64,000 bases of DNA from Angustibacter luteus (GTDB lineage Bacteria > Actinomycetota > Actinomycetes > Actinomycetales > Angustibacteraceae), in the NCBI RefSeq assembly GCF_039541115.1, contig NZ_BAABFP010000005.1, positions 558,001 to 622,000 of the forward strand, written 5' to 3'. Shown here in pieces: positions 55,973 through 64,000 of the stretch; within the stretch, counting starts at the first letter, position 1; the number at the start of each line of letters is the position of its first letter. Under the pieces are notes generated by a model. It did not search any database. It was not told where the DNA came from and was given only the letters and a program-made list of their open reading frames with translations. A program made the translations under genes and the position numbers.

Positions 55973-56824
55973 GTGCCCGGCCTGGACCTCTGGCGGCGCC
56001 ATCGACAGACCGTGGGTCTGGCCCTGATGGCGCTGGTCGTCGCGCTCGGCTGCGTGGGCCTCAGCCGATGGCAGTACCACCGGTTCGAGCACAAGCACGA
56101 CGCGAAGCAGCTGGTTCAGCGCAACTACGGCGCCCGCGCCGTCCCGCTGGCGGACCTGATGGCGGATCCGGACCAGCCCTTCGACCCGGCCGACCAGTGG
56201 CGGCGGGTGCAGGTCACCGGGCAGTACGACACCGCGGCCACCACGCTCGTGCGCAACCGGCCGCACGACGACGGCGACAGCAACCCGACGTACGGCTACG
56301 AGGTGCTGGTGCCGCTCGTCCTGTCCGATGGCAGCGCGCTGCTGGTCGACCGCGGCTGGGTGCCCAACGGCACCGAGGGGACCAACCCCGGTCAGGAGCC
56401 GGACGTCGTCCCCGCCCCGCCATCCGGCACCGTGCAGGTCGTGGCCCGGCTGCGGCCCAGCGAACCCCACCGCGGCCAGCGGGTGCCCGAGGGGCAGGTG
56501 GCCAGCATCGACGTCCCGCAGATCGCCCGGTCCACCGGTCTGGACCTCTACCCGGCGTACGGCGCGCTGGTCAGCGAGGTGCCGCCGGCCACGCCGGCGC
56601 CGGTCCTGCTGGGCAAGCCCGAGCTGGACGGCGGCGAGGGCATCAACGCCTCGTACGCCGTTCAGTGGCTGCTGTTCGCCGCGTTGGCCCTGGGCTTCCC
56701 GTGGTGGTTCGTGCGTCGCAACCGGCGGGCCGCCGAGCTCGAGGAACGGGCCGCCGACGGGACCACGGCCGCTCCGGTCCCGGTGCCGCGCCGTCGCCGG
56801 ATCTGGGACGACGAGGACGAGTAG
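55973..56824 (+). CDS. SURF1 family protein
   Basis: LSRWQ, WRRVQVTG, VDRGWVP, SYAVQW. Confidence 0.87.
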   Translation: MPGLDLWRRHRQTVGLALMALVVALGCVGLSRWQYHRFEHKHDAKQLVQRNYGARAVPLADLMADPDQPFDPADQWRRVQVTGQYDTAATTLVRNRPHDDGDSNPTYGYEVLVPLVLSDGSALLVDRGWVPNGTEGTNPGQEPDVVPAPPSGTVQVVARLRPSEPHRGQRVPEGQVASIDVPQIARSTGLDLYPAYGALVSEVPPATPAPVLLGKPELDGGEGINASYAVQWLLFAALALGFPWWFVRRNRRAAELEERAADGTTAAPVPVPRRRRIWDDEDE

Positions 56825-56881
56825 CGCCACCCGGTCGGGCGCCCTGCATGACGGACCGCAGCGAATGCCACACTGTCCGTC

Positions 56882-57643
56882 ATGGATCTCGGACTGACCG
56901 ACCGCGCGTACATCGTCACCGGCGCCTCGAGCGGCCTCGGCCGGGCCACCGCTGAGCAGCTGCTCGCCGAAGGGGCTCGGTTGCTGGTCTGCAGCCGGGA
57001 CGTCACGCACCTCGAGGAGCTCGCCGCCATGGCGGACCCGGGCAGCATCATGGTGCTGCCGGGCGACCTCGCGGACCCCGAGCTCCCGGAGCGGCTGGTG
57101 GCCGCGGCGATGGCCCGCTTCGGCCGGCTGGACGGCGCGCTGATCAGCGTGGGCGGACCGCCCGCGGGGACGTCAGACGAGATCACCGACGAGCAGTGGC
57201 GCGCAGCCTTCGAGACGGTGTTCCTGGGCCCGGTGCGGCTGGCCAGGGCGGTGTCCGACGCGGCGTCCGTCGAGGGCTGCTCCATCGCGTTCGTGCTGTC
57301 GACGTCGGTGCGCTCCCCCATCCCCGGTCTGGCGACGTCCAACGGGCTGCGCCCCGGTCTGGCCATGCTCGCCAAGACCATGGCCGACGAGGGTGGGCCG
57401 CGCGCCATCCGGGTCAACGCCTTGCTGCCAGGCCGGATCGACACCGAGCGGGTGCGCCACCTGGATGAGCTGGGTGGCGACCCCGAGGCCGCTCGCCGCG
57501 ATGCCGAGGCCGCGATCCCGCTGCGCCGGTACGGCCGTCCGGACGAGTTCGGCCGGGTCGCCACCTTCGTTCTCTCCCCCGCCGGCTCCTACATCACCGG
57601 CACGGTCATCCCCGTGGACGGCGGAGTCACCCGCTCCCTCTGA
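56882..57643 (+). CDS. SDR family oxidoreductase (atypical active site)
   Basis: TGASSGLG, SNGLR in place of YxxxK, PGRIDT, VDGG. Confidence 0.88.
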   Translation: MDLGLTDRAYIVTGASSGLGRATAEQLLAEGARLLVCSRDVTHLEELAAMADPGSIMVLPGDLADPELPERLVAAAMARFGRLDGALISVGGPPAGTSDEITDEQWRAAFETVFLGPVRLARAVSDAASVEGCSIAFVLSTSVRSPIPGLATSNGLRPGLAMLAKTMADEGGPRAIRVNALLPGRIDTERVRHLDELGGDPEAARRDAEAAIPLRRYGRPDEFGRVATFVLSPAGSYITGTVIPVDGGVTRSL

Positions 57644-57665
57644 GCGCTTGCTCTCCCCGTGCCGC

Positions 57666-59594
57666 CTATCGCGGCTCGGGGAGCGGCTCGGGGTGAGCAA
57701 CCAACACGGGCTCCGGCGAGTCCTGCTGGGCGAACTGCGTGCGGTACAGGTCGGCGTACAGGCCGCCGGCCGCCAGCAGGCTCACGTGCGTGCCGCGCTC
57801 GACGATCGCGCCGTCGTCCACGACGAGGATCTGGTCGGCGTCCCGGATGGTCGAGAGCCGGTGCGCGATGACGATGGCCGTCCGACCCTCCAGCGCCGTC
57901 GCCAGGGCGCGCTGCACGGCCACCTCGCTCTCGGAGTCCAGGTGCGCGGTGGCCTCGTCCAGCACCACGATGGACGGCGCCTTCAGCAGCAGGCGAGCCA
58001 GCGCCAGCCGCTGCTTCTCGCCACCGGACAGCCGGTAGCCCCGGTCGCCCACCACGGTGTCCAAGCCTTCGGGCAGCGACGCCACCAGCGGCCAGATCTG
58101 CGCGTCCCGGCAGGCGGCCACCAGGTCGGAGTCGCTCGCGTCGGGCCGGGCCAGCAGCAGGTTGCCGCGGATCGTGTCGTGGAACATGTGCGCGTCCTGG
58201 CTGACCACGCCCACGGTGCGGTGCAACGACTCGAGCGTCACGTCCCGGACGTCGAGCCCACCGATCCGCACGGCCCCACCGCCGACGTCGTAGAGCCGGG
58301 ACGCCAGGTGGGTGATCGTCGACTTGCCGGCGCCGGACGGCCCGACGAGCGCGACGACCTGGCCGGGCTCGACGGCGAAGCTGACGTCCCGCAGCACCGG
58401 CTGCGGTTCGCTCTGGTCAAGCACCGCGACGGACTCCAGCGAGGCCAGCGACACCTCGGACGCCCGCGGGTAGCGGAACGCGACGTGGTCGAACTGCACG
58501 GACGACGCCCCCGCGGGCAGCTCGACCGCGTCGTCGCGGTCGCGGACCAGCGGCTCCAGGTCGAGCACCTCGAACACCCGGTCGAAGCTGACCAGCGCCG
58601 TCATCACGTCGACCTGCACGTTGGACAGCGCGGTCAGCGGCCCGTAGAGGCGCCCGAGCAGCGCGGCCATCGCGACCAGCGCGCCGACCTCCATCGTGCC
58701 GTCGATCACCAAGATGCCGCCGGCGCCGTAGACGAGCGCGGTGGCCAGGGCGGCGACCAGCACCAGCGCGGTGAACAGCAGCCGCCCGTACATGGCCGAC
58801 CGGATGCCGATGTCGCGCACCCGGGACGCCTTCTCCGCGAACACCTGCTCCTCGCGGGGGAGCTGCCCGAAGATCTTGACCAGCAGGGCGCCGGCCACGT
58901 TGAACCGCTCGGTCATGGTCTGACCCATGTCGGCGTTCAGGGTCATCGCCTCGCGCGAGATCTTGGCCAGCCGGCGCCCCAGCAGCTGAGCTGGCACCAC
59001 GAACAGGGGCAGCATGATCAGCGCGACGAGCGTGATCTGCCACGACAGCGTCAGCATGGCGATGAGCACCACGACCAGCGTCACGACGTTGGACACGATC
59101 GACGACAACGTCGAGGTGAACGCCTGCTGCGCGCCGATCACGTCGCTGTTCAGCCGGGTGACGAGCGAGCCGGTCTGGGTCCGGGTGAAGAACGCGATCG
59201 GCATCTGCTGCACGTGCCCGAAGACCTTGACCCGCAGCACGTAGATGAGCCCCTCGCCGATGCTCGACGACAGGAAGCGCTCGGCCAGGCCGAGGGCCGC
59301 GTCGAAGACGGCGATCAACGCCACGAGCAGCGCGGACGTGACGACGACCCGCTTGTCCCCCGGGATCACCCCGTCGTCGATGATGCGCTTGAGCAGCAGT
59401 GGCGTCGCCACCACGAGCACCGCGTCGATGACGACGAGCACGAGGAACGCGATGATGCGGCCGCGGAAGGGTGCGGCGAAGCTGACGATGCGGCGGGCCA
59501 CCCCCGGCGTCAGGGCAGCCTGCTTCACCGACGGATCGCGTCGGACCGAGTTCATGAAGGACCCGCTCGCGCGACCCATACCGCCCATAGACAT
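57666..59594 (-). CDS. ABC transporter, fused permease/ATPase
   Basis: TM domain, GPSGAGKST, LSGGEKQR, LDEATAHLD, AHRLSTI. Confidence 0.92.
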   Translation of the reverse strand: MSMGGMGRASGSFMNSVRRDPSVKQAALTPGVARRIVSFAAPFRGRIIAFLVLVVIDAVLVVATPLLLKRIIDDGVIPGDKRVVVTSALLVALIAVFDAALGLAERFLSSSIGEGLIYVLRVKVFGHVQQMPIAFFTRTQTGSLVTRLNSDVIGAQQAFTSTLSSIVSNVVTLVVVLIAMLTLSWQITLVALIMLPLFVVPAQLLGRRLAKISREAMTLNADMGQTMTERFNVAGALLVKIFGQLPREEQVFAEKASRVRDIGIRSAMYGRLLFTALVLVAALATALVYGAGGILVIDGTMEVGALVAMAALLGRLYGPLTALSNVQVDVMTALVSFDRVFEVLDLEPLVRDRDDAVELPAGASSVQFDHVAFRYPRASEVSLASLESVAVLDQSEPQPVLRDVSFAVEPGQVVALVGPSGAGKSTITHLASRLYDVGGGAVRIGGLDVRDVTLESLHRTVGVVSQDAHMFHDTIRGNLLLARPDASDSDLVAACRDAQIWPLVASLPEGLDTVVGDRGYRLSGGEKQRLALARLLLKAPSIVVLDEATAHLDSESEVAVQRALATALEGRTAIVIAHRLSTIRDADQILVVDDGAIVERGTHVSLLAAGGLYADLYRTQFAQQDSPEPVLVAHPEPLPEPR

Positions 59595-59620
59595 GCCCGT
59601 GCAACACCCCGCCGGAGCGG

Positions 59621-60433
59621 CTACTTCCCCGCGTTCGCCACCAGCGCAGCCAGGGCGGCGAGCCGGCGGCCCTGCGCGGCCCGTTCGGCCGCGTGCTGCT
59701 CCGCGTCGCTGCGCCCGGTCGCACCAGCCAGCAGCGCCTTCGTCTCGCGGACGGCGCCGGCGTCCGGTGCGGTCAGGGCGGCCACCAGGTCGTCCACGGC
59801 CTGAGCGAGGTCCGCCCGCTCGACCCGCAGCGACGCCAGCCCGATCCGGGACGCCTCCTCGGCGCCGATCCACCGGCCGGTGACGCAGACCTCGAGCGCC
59901 CGGCTGTAGCCGATGGCGCGGACCAGCGGGGCCGTGCCGGTCAGGTCCGGCACCAGCCCGAGGCTGGTCTCGCGCATCGCGAACTTCGCGTCGTCGGCCA
60001 CGATCCGCAGGTCACAGGCCAGGGCCAGCTGGAACCCGGCGCCGACCGCGTGGCCCTGCACCGCCGCGATGCTGATGACCCGCTCGTCGGCCAGCCAGGT
60101 GAAGCCGCGCTGGAAGGCGGCGATCGTCTCGTCGAGCTGGTCCCCAGCCATCCGGGCGAGCTCGAGCAGGCCCGGCTCCCCCGGCAGACCCTCGCCGAAC
60201 ATGGCGCGGTCGAGCCCGGCGCTGAAGGACTCGCCCTCGGCCCGCAGGACGACGACCCGGACGTCGTCGTCGAGCGACTCGCCGATGGCGGCCAGAGCGC
60301 GCCAGGTCGTGGGGGTCTGGGCGTTGCGAGCCTGCGGGCGGTCCAGGGTGACGGTGAGGACTGCCCCGCTGCGCTCGGCGCGGACGTGACCGCTCGCGAG
60401 AAGGTCGGGGTCGACGTCCGGGATCTCGGGCAT
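59621..60433 (-). CDS. Enoyl-CoA hydratase/isomerase family protein
   Basis: FSAGLD, GAGFQLALACD, RETSLGLVPD. Confidence 0.9.
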   Translation of the reverse strand: MPEIPDVDPDLLASGHVRAERSGAVLTVTLDRPQARNAQTPTTWRALAAIGESLDDDVRVVVLRAEGESFSAGLDRAMFGEGLPGEPGLLELARMAGDQLDETIAAFQRGFTWLADERVISIAAVQGHAVGAGFQLALACDLRIVADDAKFAMRETSLGLVPDLTGTAPLVRAIGYSRALEVCVTGRWIGAEEASRIGLASLRVERADLAQAVDDLVAALTAPDAGAVRETKALLAGATGRSDAEQHAAERAAQGRRLAALAALVANAGK

Positions 60434-60502
60434 GCGCCCGAGCCTAGCCAGCGGCCTGCGTCCGTCCCCCGGGCAGGCCGCTGGTCGTGCAGGAACGCTC
60501 GG

Positions 60503-60715
60503 TCAAGCCGTCCGTCGCCGGGTCGCGCCGCCGCGTCCGCGGAGCACGAGATCGCTCTCAGACAGCACCCGGTGGACGAAGCCGTAGGAACGACCTGTCG
60601 CCGCGGAGATGTCGCGGATGCTCTTTCCCTCGCGGTACAGGCTGGTGACCGTCTTGGTCATCCGGGTCCGATCGTCCCCAGTCAGCCGCGCGCCCTTCTT
60701 GACGGTGGTGGTCAT
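60503..60715 (-). CDS. Small basic helix-turn-helix protein
   Basis: YREGKSIRDI...GRSYGFVHRVL..LRGRGG; AGAGGAG RBS. Confidence 0.85.
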   Translation of the reverse strand: MTTTVKKGARLTGDDRTRMTKTVTSLYREGKSIRDISAATGRSYGFVHRVLSESDLVLRGRGGATRRRTA

Positions 60716-60780
60716 GGGCCCTCCTCTGCTCTCGGGCTTTCATCGTCCGAGATGTCGGGCTAGTCCGCCACTTGAGATCG

Positions 60781-62379
60781 TCAGGCGAGGGCCACCAGGT
60801 CGGCGTACTCGGGGCTCCACAGGTCCTCGTCGCCGTCCGGCAGCAGCAGCACGCGCTCCGGTTCGAGGGCGTGCACGGCGCCCTCGTCGTGGGTCACCAG
60901 CACGACGGCGCCCTTGTAGCTGCGCAGTGCGCCGAGCACCTCGTCGCGGCTGGCCGGGTCGAGGTTGTTCGTCGGCTCGTCGAGCAGCAGCACGTTCGCG
61001 CTGGACACGACGAGCGTCGCCAGCGCGAGCCGCGTCTTCTCGCCACCGGACAGCACCCGCACCGGCTTCTCGGCGTCGTCCCCGCTGAACAGGAACGAGC
61101 CGAGCACCTTGCGGACGTCGGTGTCGCCGAGCTCGGGCGCCGCGGTGCGCATGTTCTCCAGCACCGTGCGGTCGGTGTCCAGGGTCTCGTGCTCCTGGGC
61201 GTAGTAGCCCAGGCGCAGCCCGTGGCCCGGGTGCACCTCGCCCGTGTCCGGCGGGTCGATGCCGGCCAGCATCCGCAGCAGCGTGGTCTTGCCTGCGCCG
61301 TTGAGTCCGAGGACGACGACCTTGCTGCCGCGGTCGACAGCGAGATCGACGTCGGTGAACACCTCGAGGGAGCCGTACGACCGCGACAGCCCGCTCGCCG
61401 TGAGTGGGGTGCGCCCGCAGGCGGCCGGCTCGGGGAAGCGCAGCTTGGCGACCTTGTCGCTGACCCGCTGGTCCTCGAGACCGGCGAGCAGGCGTTCGGC
61501 CCGACGGGCCATGTTCTGTGCCGCAACGGCTTTGCTCGCCTTGGCCCGCATCTTGTCGGCCTGCGACATCAGCGTCGCCGCCTTCTTCTCGGCGTTGGCA
61601 CGCTCGCGCTTGCGGCGCCGCTCGTCCGTCTCGCGCTGGTTCAGGTAGAGCTTCCACCCGACGTTGTAGAGGTCCAGCTCGGCGCGGTTGGCATCCAGGT
61701 GGAAGACCCGGTTGACCACGACGTCGAGCAGCGACACGTCGTGGCTGATGATGACCAGCCCGCCGCGGAACGCCTTGAGGTAGTCGCGCAGCCAGGTGAT
61801 CGAGTCGGCGTCCAGGTGGTTCGTCGGCTCGTCGAGCAGCAGGGTCTGCGAGCCGCTGAACAGGATGCGGGCGAGCTCGACGCGACGGCGCTGACCACCG
61901 GACAGCGTGTGCAGCGGCTGACCCAGCACCCGCTCGGGCAGGGCCAGGCTGCTGGCGATGCTCGCCGCCTCGCTCTCGGCCGCGTAGCCGCCTCGGGACT
62001 GGAACTCGGCCTCGAGCCGGCTGTACCGCGCCATCGCCTTGTCGCGGGTGTCGTCGTCCGCGCTGGCCATCCGGCCCTCGGTCTCGCGCAGGTCGCGGAT
62101 GACGACGTCCATCCCGCGGGCGGACAGGATCCGGTCACGGGCCAGCACGTCGAGGTCGCCGGTGCGCGGGTCCTGCGGCAGGTACCCGACGTCACCGGAG
62201 CTGGTGACCGTGCCGGCGGCAGGCTGACCCTCACCGGCCAGGATCTTCGTCAGCGTGGTCTTGCCGGCACCGTTGCGGCCGACCAGGCCGACCCGGTCGC
62301 CGTCCGCGACCCGGAACGTGGCTGACTCGAGCAGCACGCGGGCGCCGGCGCGCACCTCGAGTGCGGTGGCGGTGATCAC
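60781..62379 (-). CDS. ABC-F family ATPase
   Basis: Two NBDs (GRNGAGKT/LSGG/DEPTNHLD and GLNGAGKT/LSGGE/DEPTNNLD), no TM segments. Confidence 0.93.
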   Translation of the reverse strand: MITATALEVRAGARVLLESATFRVADGDRVGLVGRNGAGKTTLTKILAGEGQPAAGTVTSSGDVGYLPQDPRTGDLDVLARDRILSARGMDVVIRDLRETEGRMASADDDTRDKAMARYSRLEAEFQSRGGYAAESEAASIASSLALPERVLGQPLHTLSGGQRRRVELARILFSGSQTLLLDEPTNHLDADSITWLRDYLKAFRGGLVIISHDVSLLDVVVNRVFHLDANRAELDLYNVGWKLYLNQRETDERRRKRERANAEKKAATLMSQADKMRAKASKAVAAQNMARRAERLLAGLEDQRVSDKVAKLRFPEPAACGRTPLTASGLSRSYGSLEVFTDVDLAVDRGSKVVVLGLNGAGKTTLLRMLAGIDPPDTGEVHPGHGLRLGYYAQEHETLDTDRTVLENMRTAAPELGDTDVRKVLGSFLFSGDDAEKPVRVLSGGEKTRLALATLVVSSANVLLLDEPTNNLDPASRDEVLGALRSYKGAVVLVTHDEGAVHALEPERVLLLPDGDEDLWSPEYADLVALA

Positions 62380-62494
62380 GTTGGGGCCTCTCACGCAGGG
62401 GGTCGGGTCGGACGGCAGCCTTCGTCGTCGCCCAGGGCGTGCGGCCGAACTCGCGGTCAGTCTACGCGAGCGTCAGGATGCACCCGGAGGTCAC

Positions 62495-63367
62495 ATGAGT
62501 TTCAACGAGAACGCAGGGCTGGACACCAGCCAGGTCAGCTCCGGTGGTGGTCGCGGCAAGATGGTCATCGGCGGCGGGGCGGGTCTGGTGATCCTCGTGC
62601 TGGGGTTGGTCTTCGGGGTCGACACCAGCGGCCTGCTCGGGTCGTCCGACCCGTCGGAGCCGTCGGGCGCCAGCACGATCGGGGCCAGGTGCCGCACCGG
62701 CGCGGACGCCAACCGCGACGTCGAGTGCCGGGTGGTCGGGACCGTGAACAGCGTGCAGGCCTTCTGGGCACAGGCGCTGCCGACGTACGGCACGGAGTAC
62801 TCCCCCGCCCAGACCGTGCTGTACTCCGGCCAGACCGCCTCGGCCTGCGGCACGGCGTCAAACGCCGTCGGGCCGTTCTACTGCCCGACCGACAAGCAGG
62901 TGTACATCGACGCGAGCTTCTTCGACGAGCTGACGAGCCGCTACGGCGCGGACGACGGGGCGCTGGCCCAGGAGTACGTGGTCGCGCACGAGTACGGCCA
63001 CCACATCCAGGACGAGCTCGGCCTCCTCGGCGCTGCGCAGAACGACCGGCAGGGCGCTGACTCGGGCTCCGTCCGGGTCGAGCTGATGGCGGACTGCCTG
63101 GCCGGGGTGTGGGCGCACGGCGCAAGCACGACGACGGACCGTGCGGGCCGCACCCTGCTCAAGCCGCTCACCGCGCAGGACATCGACTCCGCGCTCTCCG
63201 CCGCCGCGGCCGTCGGGGACGACCGGATCCAGCAGAAGGCGCAGGGCCGGGTGGACCCGGAGTCGTGGACCCACGGGTCCGCGGCGCAGCGTCAGACGTG
63301 GTTCACCACGGGCTACCGGACGGGGAACCTCAAGGCCTGCAACACGCTGGACGCCGCCACCCTCTGA
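62495..63367 (+). CDS. Neutral zinc metallopeptidase (YpfJ-like)
   Basis: GPFYCP, AHEYGHHIQ, ELMADC, WTHGS; GGAGG RBS. Confidence 0.9.
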   Translation: MSFNENAGLDTSQVSSGGGRGKMVIGGGAGLVILVLGLVFGVDTSGLLGSSDPSEPSGASTIGARCRTGADANRDVECRVVGTVNSVQAFWAQALPTYGTEYSPAQTVLYSGQTASACGTASNAVGPFYCPTDKQVYIDASFFDELTSRYGADDGALAQEYVVAHEYGHHIQDELGLLGAAQNDRQGADSGSVRVELMADCLAGVWAHGASTTTDRAGRTLLKPLTAQDIDSALSAAAAVGDDRIQQKAQGRVDPESWTHGSAAQRQTWFTTGYRTGNLKACNTLDAATL

Positions 63368-63477
63368 CCCGTTCGAAATACCTCCCGCGCGGATGTATCA
63401 CCGGGGTCCGCGCCCGCTCTGTCTGGTCGTGACGGCAGGACGCCGTCGCGTACGTCTCCGACGGAGGGGAGCGATCG

Positions 63478-63654
63478 ATGGTGCAGAGCGAGCGCGTGGC
63501 GCGAGCCCGCAGGGCCAACGTGGCACGAGCCCGAGCGCGCATCATCATCGCCAGGCGACGTGCGCGGGCCGAGGGGGCGGGGTACCAACCGCCACCCGGT
63601 GGACCGAGGTGGTCCTGGGATCCGGAGCCGTCGCAGTCCGGAAACACTGGCTGA
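63478..63654 (+). CDS. Putative 58-aa Arg-rich peptide
   Basis: GGAGGGGAG upstream; MVQSERVARARRANVARARARIIIARRRARAEGAGYQPPPGGPRWSWDPEPSQSGNTG; stop 2 nt before a hairpin. Confidence 0.45.
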   Translation: MVQSERVARARRANVARARARIIIARRRARAEGAGYQPPPGGPRWSWDPEPSQSGNTG

Positions 63655-63656
63655 GA

Positions 63657-63693
63657 CGTGGGGGTCGGGAGCAGACTGCTCCCGACCCCCACG
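63657..63693. terminator. Perfect 18-bp inverted repeat (terminator or processing hairpin)
   Basis: CGTGGGGGTCGGGAGCAG-A-CTGCTCCCGACCCCCACG. Confidence 0.7.
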
Positions 63694-63767
63694 ACGCATG
63701 TCCTGAGGTGGTCAAGCCCGCCCACCGCAGGTGAGCAGACCCGAGACGACGTCGACGAAGGACGGTC

Positions 63768-64000
63768 ATGAACGAGTCCGAGTACTGGAAGAACCGGCGC
63801 AAGCAGGCACTGGCCAGGGCGCTCGCGCGCGGTCCCGAAGGGGGCGGTGTGTCGCAGGTCGACGCCGACGAGGGCTACCTCTACCGACCCGGTCAGCTGC
63901 TGTTGGGTCGTGGCGCGGTCGACGAGCTCCGGAGCGAGACGCAGTCCTCGCGCGTGCGCCCCGTCGAGTCCCTGAACGCTCGCTTCGAGGACCGCGGCGT
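63768..64000 (+). CDS. 5' part of a CDS, possibly an S8 peptidase N-terminal region (truncated by the window)
   Basis: GAAGGA RBS; MNESEYWKNRRKQALAR...YLYRPGQLL, open to the window end; no catalytic motifs visible. Confidence 0.5.
   Translation, partial: MNESEYWKNRRKQALARALARGPEGGGVSQVDADEGYLYRPGQLLLGRGAVDELRSETQSSRVRPVESLNARFEDRG

Noticed and set aside
56882..57643. SDR lacking YxxxK as a pseudogene
   Set aside because: ORF is intact; the S-N-x-x-R variant is a known atypical SDR pattern
62380..62494. Attenuator or uORF upstream of ABC-F (antibiotic-resistance type)
   Set aside because: Short leader after a TAGACT -10 with no convincing uORF or terminator; probably a housekeeping ABC-F

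Overview
High-GC actinomycete chromosomal window, with gene order typical of Actinomycetota. It has about 60 well-supported CDSs and one tRNA-Leu(GAG); I found no transposase, integrase or CRISPR array. Left part (1-11.3 kb): conserved mshC / SCO1664 / DUF3090 / phosphomutase / uppP / M20-peptidase neighbourhood. After the tRNA comes a variable region (about 11.3-32 kb). Its most striking element is a divergent six-gene heme-enzyme locus (16.3-23.1 kb): a plant-type fatty-acid alpha-dioxygenase-like enzyme, a DyP peroxidase, a catalase-fold protein and three uncharacterised proteins. The dioxygenase and the catalase-fold protein both lack the canonical distal His. Right part: helD, SPFH/NfeD, glgA(glgM)/glgC, serB and a cyanophycin locus (cphB-cphA). 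cphA converges on an unusual CphA paralogue that lacks the whole ATP-grasp domain and carries a C-terminal TPR module. Then fabG, tldD/E, moaA and ABC-F. At the right edge is an unannotated Arg-rich 58-aa ORF, a perfect 18-bp hairpin and a truncated CDS. At least 20 genes look leaderless (TANNNT 6-7 nt before the start codon). All family calls come from motif recognition by eye, not from database searches.
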